Below, in pieces: positions 24,701 through 36,363 of a stretch of 64,000 nt of DNA (positions are counted from its first letter, which is position 1; each line of letters starts with the position of its first letter). The notes under the pieces are model-generated. The model saw nothing but the letters and a program-made list of their open reading frames with translations. It did not search any database and was not told the DNA's origin. The position numbers and the translations under genes were made by a program. Source of the stretch: Phoronis australis (lineage: Eukaryota > Animalia > Phoronida); assembly GCA_002633005.1 (NCBI GenBank), contig NMRA01000026.1, forward strand, positions 1,665,599-1,729,598. The letters run 5' to 3'.

Positions 24701-27700
24701 GAGAGCCACAAGGGCCGGGTGGTGGCGGCAAGGGTCGAGACTGTCGTCCTGTTCCTACCCGGGGTCTGGAGCTGTATGCCGTCCCGCCTCGACTGGGAAA
24801 CATTACAGGAATCCTACAGGAAGCAGCTGCGTGATAAATTAGCTGAGGAGACGCGTCTAGACCAACAGGCACGGAGTATTTGATTACTCCTATGTTTTGT
24901 GTTTCTAAACACACTTATTAGTTTTACTCGTACGCATTGTCACTCTGTAATCACATGTTTGCCTCTTTCAAGTTGCTGATAAACTCTCCATAACCCGTCC
25001 CACTGAGGTCAGGGTTGAAACTCTCCACGTCTTGTACGGTGCTGAAGCCTCAAGGGATGAGGTCAGGAAATTTGCCCAACGTTTTTTCCACACAGCAGAT
25101 TGCACAAAAATGTCGTCAGAAGAGAGTGTGACATGTCGTTTAGCACGAGCCTCTCTCACGGATGTTCGTGTGCTTCGCTCGTGCTCAGCCACGACTGAGG
25201 TCGTTCTTCTTTTTCAGCTGGCGTCGAAGACGAGTACGTGAGTTAGCATTAGCTGCCATGTCTATAACTACTCCTCCCTCATCCGCAATGTACGGCGGAC
25301 GTCCATCACAAGCTTTTTCTTGCCATTAGTTGTATTATACAAACGTTTCTGCTTTGATTTCAGATGCATATCCGTACATCGCAGCTTTACTCTCAGTGCA
25401 AAACCTTTTTAGAACTCGCGTCAAAAACACTTTTTCAATGATCTCAACACCTCTCTCTCAAAATTATTGTCCAAAGCTGCACGAAGTATCAAATTATACC
25501 GCTTAGTCACAAGCATAATCTTGCACTTTTCTACAGAGCTCTCTGCTGACTGTCAGTTTTACTTTGTAGGGAGAAGAGGAAGACAAGGATGCTGAAGAGG
25601 AATCCGATGATGCAAAGAAATCGGATCCTACTCACTTTTCACAGTTAGATCCTAGGAGCATGAAGGTACTGTCAATTACTGTTTTGCATGACTTTGAGAA
25701 ACGATGGTGACTGATCACTTTAAGCACATGTCTTCCGTTGGCACCTGGGTCTACATGAGGATACGTAAACTTCGTTCACCATGCATTGCAACGGGGCTCA
25801 CATTTACTTCATTTAGGTTTTTTGGCGAGTCCTCGAGTTTCTTTGTCAATCCAGTTGTTGTTCCCTTGTGACTAGCCATCACAATTTGCTAGGGTAGTCT
25901 TCCATTTCCCTCCGACATGTTTTACATGCTAATCCATTTCTGTTAACTTTGTTTATTATAACGTTTTTGTCAAGACAACAATGGTTTTTGTTAAGCACAT
26001 TAAACGACCGTGACTGGCTTGGGTGATACCATTTTTCATCAAGTGTGTATTAAATATGTTGTTTCTTCACACCTGTGTTCATGTGCTACAGGTGAACGAC
26101 CTACGCAAGGAGCTGGAAGCGCGCAACATCAGCGCCAAGGGGCTCAAGTCGCAGCTTATTGCCCGTCTTACCAAGGCCACTAAGTCCGAACAAGAGAAAG
26201 AGGAAGAAGAAGAGGAGAATAAGAAGGTGAGTCACCCTGGTGTAGTCAAAGTACAAATAACATAGGAAAACAATTGTTACTGACCCTGGGTAGGTTTCAT
26301 GAAAAGTGACTTAAGTCAGAAATTTGGTAGAATGCAAATCATACATTTTCAAATTGGTTGTTCACAGGGGCAACGACTGCGCCTCTGTCAAAAAGACAAC
26401 TCGATTCAGGTCACCTTCGGTTACAAAATCACTCTTATTTTATTCCTTTTTCAGATTAGAAATTTACTTTTAGGCTTAAAAGGACTTAAAGTTCATTACT
26501 GGTTTAGATCAGGTTCATGAAGTTTTGTTTTTTTTGCAGTTGATTAGTTTCAGTTGCCAAAGAAGTGTGATAGTCACATTAATTGCGGGCGTTTTTCTTT
26601 TTTTTTTTGCTACCAATTTCAATTAAATCAGAGGCTAAGAACATGACGGTGCTCCAGGAAAGCAAATATGCCTTTGAAGAGAATCATCTATTACACCAGA
26701 AAGTGGTTTATGTTGGCGTTAAGTAACAACTTGGAGGTCACAGCCTCAGGTGTATTTTTTCTTATGTTTGGTGGTAATATTCTTGCGAATGTGAGACGGA
26801 ACAATAACTAATTTGAAAATGGAAAAGACGCGTGTGGTTACCCATGCGTGGTGATGCTGGTTTCTTTTGAGCCCTAGTGGCTTTCTGTCTCAGTCCTGCT
26901 GCTGTTTTGGCGACCTGTGTCCAGCTGTATGTAACTGTACCTGTGTCCAGCTGTATGTAACTGTGTAACTGTGTACGTGTGTCCACAGGAAGCTGAAGCA
27001 GCTCAAGCAGCAGCTGCCTCAGTGAGAGATGAAGAACCAATGGAATCTGAGACCAAAGACGATGATAGGAAGAAAAAGGATGTAAGTCTAGTCTCCATCT
27101 AGTACTAACCAGTCACGTGAAAACTTAGAAAAACACTGATGTGTTCACGGTGAGTGTATGGAAGTCGCATTGAGCTTGAGTCCTAGGGCCTGTTTTATCA
27201 AAGGTTGAAGTCCGGTTTGAGGCTCATTGTTGACGAGAGGACATAACTTTTTTGCAATTATAACGAAATCTTGCTACTGACATCAAGGTGGTCGTAGGTT
27301 ACAGTCGAGTTAGTGTCGCCTTCATTAACAATGTTAATGAATTGTTTGCCTCTAAAAATTGAAGATATGACCAACTGAGGAATGACTAGGTGTATGACCT
27401 TTGATAAAATGGAGACCTGGTATGTAACTCATGAACAACAACTTAAATTAGTCTAGTCCACTTATTCTTCCAGTGGTCATTAAGGGTGTGCTTTAGAGTA
27501 GTGATAGTCTGCCACAATGTTTTGGGTTGGAATTTTCCCATCTTCATGACACTACAAGCAGCTTTGCTTACATGAACATACTCTCGAATCACATTTGATG
27601 ATCGTCACTTTCTCGCCAGGAGGAGGATCGTAAACGCAAAGATGAGCGTGACAAGGCGGCGCGTGAACGTCGCTACACACTGCCCGATAACCCAGCCATT

Positions 27701-30700
27701 GTGGTTCACCCCTCCACTACAGCCAAAGGTGGTCGGTTCGACTGTACTGTCATGTCTCTCAGTGTGTTGCTGGACTACAGACCTGAGGACAACAAAGAAC
27801 ACTCATTTGAGGTAATATTGTCGGTGTGTTTATTAACTAGGACAGACTTGAAGTACACCTTTCTATCAATAAAAGCATTCTTCCCATGTGGAGTTCGTAC
27901 AAAAGTTGTGTATGGTCCATCCGCTAGTCATGCCAGCATTTCATTAATAGTTAATGTTTATGACTCCATGTCCACTGGTATGTGCAACCATTTTTAAGAA
28001 GTGAATGCTTCATAACTGTCTTTTTCCTGACATATTAGCTGTGGTCAGGTATTGTGCAACTTCAACAATAGATTACAGCAGTGACTTTGATTACCAACTT
28101 CTCTATACCATCACTGAAGACCAACCTCTTCATTAGTTCATTAAAGACTGACTTCCCCTGCCCTTCACTGAAAGCAAGTTCCTCAGCCTTTCTCTGAAAG
28201 AACTTGCCCTGACCATCGCTGAAGAACAACTTCCATTCACTGAAAACAACTTCTAATGTCCTGAACTGGAAACCAACTTCCCCAGTCCTTACTGAATTCA
28301 AACTCCTAGGCTTACATTGAAGACCAACTTCCTGAGTCCCCTAAAGACAAATTTCTTCAATCCTTCACCGAAGTCCATTTTCTGCACTACTTCACTGAAG
28401 ACTTGCCTTCCTAATCCTCTAATGAGGACAAACTTCCCCAGTGTTAAATGTTAAAGGGACCGCCAACTTCTCCTGGCCTTCTATGAAGACCAACTCTCTT
28501 ATTCATTCTTGTATCCTACAGGTGTCCTTGTTTGCTGAGCTATTCAACGAGATGCTGATGCGAGACTTTGGCTTCACCATGTACAAGTGCCTGTTGGCGG
28601 CACCAGAACCCAAGGAGGAAGACAAGGAGAAAAAGGATGAGAAGAAAGATGAAAAAAAAGACAAGTCAGGGAACTCGGTGAGTACACCTCAGTGTGAAGG
28701 ATAGCGCTTGCTGGTTGTAGTGGTGGTAGGTACATAAACTTTACACCAAATCGTTGTCGATGAACTCCTTCTATTGCTGGGATTTTTGTGCGCCTACATA
28801 TTTATATGTGGTCGCATATTGCCGTCATCTCTGTCTGGGCGTCCGCGGCTGTATCTCCAAAACCCCTTGCAGGATCTTATTGAAATTTGACAGGTGTGTT
28901 CCTATGGGGTTGACGACAGAGGGCGACGAGTTTCGGACCAACCCGAATACCGCTGTGCCCCCTTGTGGCAATTTTAGTTTTTTACATTTACCTCTGTATT
29001 TTCAAAGGCCCTTAATCGATTTACGTGAAATTTGGAACGTAGGCATCTATTAATAAGTTGACGCTATCCTCCGGTTTTTGGATGGATTGGAGGCATTTTG
29101 CACCATCTTGTGGCCATTTTTACTATTTTCGAGTAGTTTTTTTTTTTTGGCATCTGCCCCTCTAACAACCAAACCACTCGAAGGATGATTGTGAAAATTG
29201 GCATATGTGTTCTTACTATGAAGAAGACAGTTGACGATGATTTTCTGACGACTGACTACTGTGGCGCCTCCTAGTGGCAGTTTTGTTTGTTTTTGCGCCC
29301 ATGGCTGTATCTCCTAAACGCTCTACAGGATCTTTATTAAATTTAGCAAAATGTATTTATATGAAGTTGACAACAGACGACGGCGACTTTCGGACAGATC
29401 GGTGTACCGGTATGCCCCTTAGTGGCAATTATAGTTTTTTTATGTTTTCCTCCATATCTTCAAAGGTCTTCAACGGATTTCCATAAAATTTAGCACATAG
29501 ACATCTATTAGTGAGGTGACGCTAGCCATTGATCTTTGATTGATTCAAGGTATTTTGCGCCACCTAGTGGCCATTTTTGTTGTTTTCGAGTCTGTTTTTT
29601 GGCGTCCCTCCCTCTGTCAACCAAACCACTCTAAGGATGATTGTGAAAGTTGGCATGTATGTTCTTTCTATGAAGGAGACGGTTGACGAGTAATTTCCGA
29701 CGACTTCGACTACTGTGGTGTCTCCTAGTGGTGGTTTTGTTTTTTTGCACCCATACTTGTATCTTCTAAGCCCTCTGCAGGATCTTTATTAAATTTAGCT
29801 TGTGTATTTATATGAAGTTAACAAGAGAAGACAATAACTTTTAGAAGGATCCCACAAACACTGTGCCCCTAGTGGCAATTTCATTTGTTTTCATTTTTCT
29901 CTATTTCTTTGAAGTTCCTCGATGAATTTTATGAAATTCAGTAAATGGCTTTCTTTTAATGAAACAATGACATTTTCTGGTTTTCAGACGGATTCGGCGT
30001 ATTTTGCGCCATCTAGTGGCCATTTTGATGATACAAATAAACAACTCTAAAAGCATACCATTTGCGATGCATTCGTGGGCGCATTTTAACGCTACGCGTT
30101 GCTCTTGTATAGTATGTCTGCCGTATCTTCGCTTGTGGTCCACGTAAGATTCGCTCATCATCAACTTTTTGTTGGAGTAGCGCTTGAATTGTACCATAGT
30201 GTAGCGATGGTGTAGAACTGTGCCACTTTGAGCTTGTGACTGACTTACTGAAGGACTACTGGATAGGAATAGTCTTGGAGGAATTGATTTTATGTTATGG
30301 TATTAATAAAAGACACCCTTAACAAACATCGTTGAAGTGTGACTGGTCATAGGTTCCACTGATGTCCTGTTTCTGGATATACTTTGTTTTGTATGGCAAT
30401 GCTGTTGCTGTGTATGACCTTGTTCATGTATTGTTGTTCAGGAGCCAAGTTCAAAGAAGCGGAGGGTTGATGACAGGGTTGATGAGAAGAAGGAAGACAG
30501 GAAAGAGGATAAAGACAAGAAAGATGATCGTAAGGTGAGTGTTTCTTGTTAATCACAATACAAAGGTTACCGTGGCCATACCAGCACTGTCAGCACTACA
30601 CTCTGCCCCAGTGCTGTGTGTTATGTCTTAAGAGGGTGAATATGGCTTGTTGTTACTTAACAGAATGAACTAACATTCTGACATTTCATTGGTTTGGAAG

Positions 30701-33700
30701 TTGAGAAATACCTATAGGGTGTGCTGCATCAACAACAACAGACTTAACTCATTCCACACAAGTTTGTTTTCTGTGACCTCATCAATGTGGTATGGCATCG
30801 AGCAAAACAATTGGAACAATCCACCATACTCTGCTCTCCTTACCTCTGGACTCATTCTACTAGCCATCATTTCAGACTCACTCTACTAGCCATACTTACA
30901 GACTCATTCTACTAGCCATACTTTCAGACTCACTCTACTAGCCATACTTTTAGACTCATTCTACTTGCCATACTTTCAGACTCATTCTACTAGCCATACT
31001 TTTAGGCAGCACTTAACTTAAGGAGAACTTGACAAGTAGGATCTATTTTGTCGTTGCAGTTACTGTGTTTACATTTGTTTTCTTTGGTCCAAGATGGTCA
31101 GAATCTGTTGTTATACTTCAGAATAAAAAAGACGAGGAGGACGAAGAAGAGGATGATGATGACGAGGATGATGATGACAAGAAAGGTAGTGACCTCTGGT
31201 GTTGGGTTGGTTTGTTTACTGTGCGTTTGTAACACGGTGAAGACTCGGGTTGGCATGTAAAGTTTGTGTTTTTCTGTGTGCGTGTAGCACTTTAAAGCAT
31301 TTTACTTTGACTTTTCTTATTGATGAAACATCAGTTGATGTTTTATGGTGCAACAAATCTGTGACAGGTCAGTGTGTTTGAATATTACTACTTTAATTAA
31401 TTCTTTGCTGAACAAGGTGCTTGGAATTTCTGAAGAATGAGCTCCATGTCAGTCTGAGCCTGTTCAATACTAAAGAATTCGAGAACAATTTTAGATTTGT
31501 CACAATGGTTTAATGTCACACAATGGTTTAATGTATTCTCATCCACAAAGTTTTAACGCTTTTCCTTCTCTTACTGTTCATAACTGGTGTCTCCCTCTGT
31601 TGACGACAGACAAGAAGAAAGATAAGAAGAAGGAAAAGCAGAAGTACTTCACCAAGGACAGAGACTTGCTTCTGTCTTTTGTTTACTTTGACCAGAACCA
31701 CAGCGGCTATCTGCTAGACAAAGACTTGGAAGAGATAATTCATACATTGGGGCTGCACCTTTCTAGGGCACAGGTGAGACGGGGGGCAGGATTCTTTTGA
31801 TTGCTTGCCATTTGTTGTTTTATTTTGGCAACAGTCCAAAATGTAGATTGCGGAACTGCTGACGTTGGTCTTTGAAACCAGTTTTTGAAACGCTGTATTT
31901 CACGCTGTTGAAAGTTTTTAAAATACAGAAATGGGATTGAGCCTTTTATCTCTCATAAATTTGGTCTTGTAATATTCCTTACCGTGTAAGGTGTTGTTTC
32001 CGTTTCTGTTACAAACAGAAACAAAACATTGAAAGCATCAAGGACTAAAATAGCGCTTCGGAGTTAATTGGAATTGGCCAACCCTGAAATTTGATTTTGA
32101 ATATGGTGCATGTACACATTGCCTATGACTTGAGTTGGTAACGGAAATACAGTATCTTATGGTAGGGAATAATGAAACTGGTTTTACATGGCAGAGTAAA
32201 AGGACAAATTCAATTTTCGTTTTTAGTTACCTAAACAGTGGGAAATGCGGCTTTAATCATGTGGTGCTGTAGGATATGGTTTGGAAATTGGCAAGCATAG
32301 GTAATAGACCGTTGTTTAAGGAGAGTTTAAATTGTCTCACTTTGTGAAGAATAAAAGGTATGCCAATAACATGCGCTGGGTTTCAAAGTGTAGTAGTGTC
32401 ATAACATAATGATTTATAAATAGTTAAATTAAACATGTAGAATGTGAACAAATGTGAACTCTTGAGAGTCTCGCTTTGTCAAAGGATTTACATTGGAAAG
32501 AAGTGGATAAGTTCAGTTTTAGTTCCATCAGTTGTTGTTAGTGGTGTGACTACAGTGGACCGTTGTACTCCCAGTTGTTAGTGGTGTTACTACACTGGAC
32601 CGTTGTATGCCCAGTTGCAGGTGACATAATGATCGTACCTTTTATTGTAATGTAATTCTTTATCAACAAGTCAAATATTTGTCAGAAGGTAGAAAGACTA
32701 CAAATTTCATTTTTGACTTCATACCAGTCTCCATTAATTGGGGTATGTGACTAATTTTTTAATACCCCTCATGCAAAAGTGGAACATTTTAATAACAATT
32801 CCTAGTATCATTTTGCAGAGCAGTGCGTAAATCATAGTATCTGAAAGTTTAATGTGGATCAAATCAACAATTTCTGATATATGATGTCCAGAAGTTAGCC
32901 AGAGTTGCACATTTTTGTTGGGTACATTCCGTAACCTTAAAAAGACCTGAACTACATGTTTCGGCATTTCAGTATGATTTTTGAAAGTATAAAGGTCGGT
33001 TTCTGACATTCATATTTTCTTAAATAGTGCACGGTATTTTTCTTTTTGACTTTGAAAAATAAAAATTTATTTGCTCGTGAAGCCCCACGGTGAGTGCTAT
33101 TTTAGCGATGTCACTGAGGTTGCACAGCACAAAGAAACATAGGTGTCATTGGTCAAGCGTGTACATATTCAGTCAAAAGATCAACGTGTGCATACTTTCA
33201 ATCTTTTTGTTTTTCTTCCTTTTGACGTTGATGCATCCCAGGGCCTAGCCAGCCAGCTAGCTGTGTGAAGACTGTCGTAAAAATACAGTTAGGTGTGTTG
33301 GTCTCCGCTAGACCCTGAAAGTTCTGCTCGTCACCCCGTGAATAACTTATGAACATGTAGATCTATAAACCTGCAGGCGTGCATGTAAAGTTTGGATGTC
33401 AACCGACACTCAACTTGCCCACTGCAGCTGCTTTAGTGAAAAATGCTCTAATAACCATTTTCTTGTGTAATCCTCTGCCTTTTGTAATGAAGAAAAGTCG
33501 GTCGTTGTTTTGAAAACAGTGCACCCCTGGCCTGCGCCATTTTCTAAAATTTTGCGACATCTATTTGGAGATGATGACAGCTTTGCAGCAGCAAAGTTTG
33601 TTCTGAAATTCGGTTTGCTAGTATTAAAGTGTTAAGAACTTGAAATGAAATGAAACCAGTTCCAATAATTTGTTGTGACTTGTACACAGCTTTGTGGAAG

Positions 33701-36363
33701 AGAACAGTTGATTGAAGAAGTGGGGAACGAAAATGGCCACTAAGGCAATTGGTGATGGTCCTGAATGCTGACCCAAAACAGTGCACCACATTTTTAGCAG
33801 CAGAGTGAACGGTAGAATGCCAATTTTTCCAACACCAGTAAATAATTTTGTTTACTCAAGGAAGAGTGTAGTTTTCAATGACAATAAATTTGTGTCAGAT
33901 TCTGTAAGATCAGTTTTTACCCACATTGGCGCAATGGCTGTATATTTAGCATACATCTTTGCACCAAGGCAAGGTTACACGGTCTGAGCTCCGGTCCTGG
34001 TCTGATGCAAAACGGCATCGTTCCACTAATAGTCGACACTACATGGCAGTAAACTTGTATTATGAACTTTTGAGCGACGAGGTCGCAGACTAGTTATATA
34101 CACATGAAATACAGTTCTGTAGCCAAGAGGCCTTCACCCAATGAGCTATATATATAATAAGCTTAATATGTCTCATGCACGTTAGCCAATAGGAATTAAC
34201 ATTGGAAAAGATACTTTTTTACAGAAATGCGATAGAATGACTAAGATGTCTGATATTGACTTTATTTATAAACTAACTTACATTAAAAAGTCCATATTTT
34301 TATACTTCAGGAATCTTTTAAGTATGATTCTTACTAGCATACACATCATTAAAGGCTTTCTTAAGATGGTGAATACCTTTGTGGATGTTTTATGGTTGGA
34401 ATGTACATTAGCTGCACCGTTTGCTCTTACATAAACAACGTGCCATGTCTTGTCACCATCTTTGGTATAACGTGCCCCTGGCTTCTATTGGATAGACTAC
34501 TAGTACTACTGTGACTCCGTGTTTTTGTTTTCTATAGATAAAGAAGTTAGTGCAGAAAGTTGTTACTAGGGACACGCTGAACTATCGCAAACTGACTGAC
34601 GTGCTGAAGAAAAAGGATGATGAGTTGGATATGAAGGAAGATGCACCAACCACGCTGGTGGCATCTGATGAAAAACTGGCTCAGGGTAATTGTTATATAT
34701 ATCTCTTGATGGGGTGTAGTAGTTCTAGCTTAGCAAATGCTGTTTCAGTTTATTATTTCAGCCACAGATTTTCCAATATTTCTTTTTGTTTGGAATTTTT
34801 TGTATCATCTTCCAAGAATGAAAAAATTCTTGGAATTGTCCTTGTATTTTGGCAAAGCTTGTCGCCATCTTAAGCACACTGGGTTTGGTACAAATGCCCA
34901 AATGGTCACGAAAATGAAATTAATAATTCAGTTTAAGTGCACTCTGCAATCTTTTACTCTTGTGTCATTTCTAGTGTTTAAAAACTGAAACCATTCTGGA
35001 TCTTAAGATTGAAGGTTCTATTATTTATCTTGGTCACATTATTTGTAATAGCTCAATGATGTTATTTTGGCACATTTTTCCATCTAGGCAACCGGGTTCT
35101 CCTTCTGCCCTCCCAGCAGACTGAGGCGTCACCGGCAGGTCAGATAGTAGAGCCCTCTAACACTGGCATGGTGATGTACAAGGGCTCGCTTTTGGACGTT
35201 GACAGTGTGATGCAAAGACTTGACAAGAGTGAGAAAACACGGACTGTTGTTGAGGAGAAACTGAAGGCCCTTACCTCTGAGTTGGGTGGGTACAACCTGA
35301 CTGCGTTTTCATGGAGACTATTTATTCTCAATGGGGCATTATCAGCCAGGAAAGTGATTTTCTGAGATCAACCTCAGCGCGAAATCGAACCTATGCCTCC
35401 TGTGGTCACAACCAAATGCTCTGCTGGCAGACCTAATAACTAACAAAGTATTTTAATCATATTTAAATTATACAGTCACTTGCATTATGTTTGATTTCAT
35501 CGAATGTGTGACAGTCTACAGCAATGGTGATCTGTAAAAAAATCACCAAACCACAATAAATGTTGTTTACAACTCTGATCAAAGCTAATAACGTCAAGAA
35601 GTTTATCCCAGCCAAGAATAATCCCAAAAATTTGTTTTTGTTGTTGTAAAACCAATAATGTCCTTTTAAGAGTGTATTTTTGTGGTTATGATGTGTAACT
35701 ATAGCTTGATAAACTCAGAAATTAACGGTTTCCTCTTGAAATGTGATCCAGGTTTAAATACGTTTTTAAAGGCCGAAGTGATTTTATGACGTGTGTAACT
35801 TTTATTTCTGAGACCCAGTGTCGTGACTTATACTTAAATAGCTTATTTGACTTAAAATACTTGAGTCATGGTCCAGTAATTCGAGAACAATAGGTTTAAA
35901 ATATATATTGCATTGATGTGCTTTGGCTTCTGAAAATGCAACTGTACAAAAAGCTGATATTTTGCAAATGAAGGGGACTTTTTAATTTGAAAACAAAGTG
36001 ATGAGTTAAGAAGTCCCAAAGGCAAGTCTCAGACAGCATCAATATCTTTTCTCATGGTTGGTGCGTGGCAAAAAGCCAAGACTAGGTGATATAACCCAAC
36101 TTTCATATTTGTTTGCAGACGGTCTGAAGTCCAACTACAACTCAAGTGAGCAGAACAGCCAGAAGGTGGCGTCTGAATTGTCTGAGCTGAAGAAGAAGCT
36201 ACGCGAGCAGAAAAAGTCGACAGAGCACGTGGAGCACAACAACAGGAAATATGCAGAGACACTGAAGAAGTCAAAGGAAACATTGCAACGACTCATGACC
36301 GACATCACAGCAGTCATGGTGAAGGAGGAAGTGAAGGAGGAGTCACAAGAGAATGGCAAGTGA
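18774..36363 (+). CDS. CCAR1: Cell division cycle and apoptosis regulator 1, ~1080 aa. Exons: 18774-18977, 19974-20009, 20511-20695, 21562-21676, 22234-22384, 22546-22798, 23549-23774, 24112-24392, 24664-24868(?), 25570-25665, 26092-26226, 26989-27081, 27620-27811, 28522-28677, 30442-30534, 31122-31185, 31610-31773, 34538-34685, 35088-35285, 36119-36363
   Basis: N-terminus MAQFGGAKNPPWA. S1-like domain QRVFTGTVTKLHDTFGFVDEDVFFQ/VGDRVLVEASYNPNMPFKWNA. RS-rich segment. RYPNMYIPSDFF. DBC1 domain MAIGGPWSPSLDG...TGIDLSCCTQWYRFAEIRYHR. SAP domain VNDLRKELEARNISAKGLKSQLIARL. MSLSVLLDYRPEDNKEHSFEVSLFAELFNEML. EF-hand FVYFDQNHSGYL. C-terminal coiled coil. All introns are GT-AG and phase-compatible except the donor after 24868, which is ambiguous. 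Confidence 0.95.
26913..26964 (+). repeat. 26-bp direct tandem duplication just upstream of a CCAR1 acceptor
   Basis: acctgtgtccagctgtatgtaactgt x2. Confidence 0.8.
28090..28497 (+). repeat. Degenerate minisatellite (~30-bp unit, core cttcactgaagaccaacttcc) in a CCAR1 intron
   Basis: Recurring cactgaa(g)ac/caacttc motifs at roughly 30-bp spacing. Confidence 0.65.
28783..30108 (+). mobile_element. Helentron-associated non-autonomous element (HINE/DINE-1/Pearl-like) with an internal tandem array
   Basis: Starts in a T-run with sub-TIR tgcgcctac plus a partial local inverted repeat (atgtggtcgca). The 3' sub-TIR gtgggcgca (30075-30083) is followed by the palindrome aacgc-tac-gcgtt and gctcttgt. 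Internal ~455-bp units (about 28847, 29303, 29756) are built from ~150-bp subunits carrying cctagtggc. Confidence 0.7.
30849..31003 (+). repeat. Minisatellite, ~26-bp unit x6
   Basis: gactca(t/c)tctactagccatactttca repeated. Confidence 0.9.
32534..32617 (+). repeat. ~39-bp tandem duplication
   Basis: ttgtagtggtgt(g/t)actaca(g/c)tggaccgttgta(ct/tg)cccagttg x2. Confidence 0.75.
35372..35437 (-). repeat. Possible degenerate tRNA-derived SINE head
   Basis: The minus strand reads ...agagcatttggttgtgaccacaggaggcataggttcgatttcgcg with a B-box-like GGTTCGATT. No intact cloverleaf. Confidence 0.3.

Noticed and set aside
35684-35760. C/D snoRNA candidate (vertebrate CCAR1 hosts SNORD98; GGTTATGATGTGT resembles its start)
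   Set aside because: No properly placed CTGA D box, terminal stem or recognisable rRNA guide; other TGATGA sites in CCAR1 introns also lacked D boxes. An Infernal/Rfam scan would be decisive.
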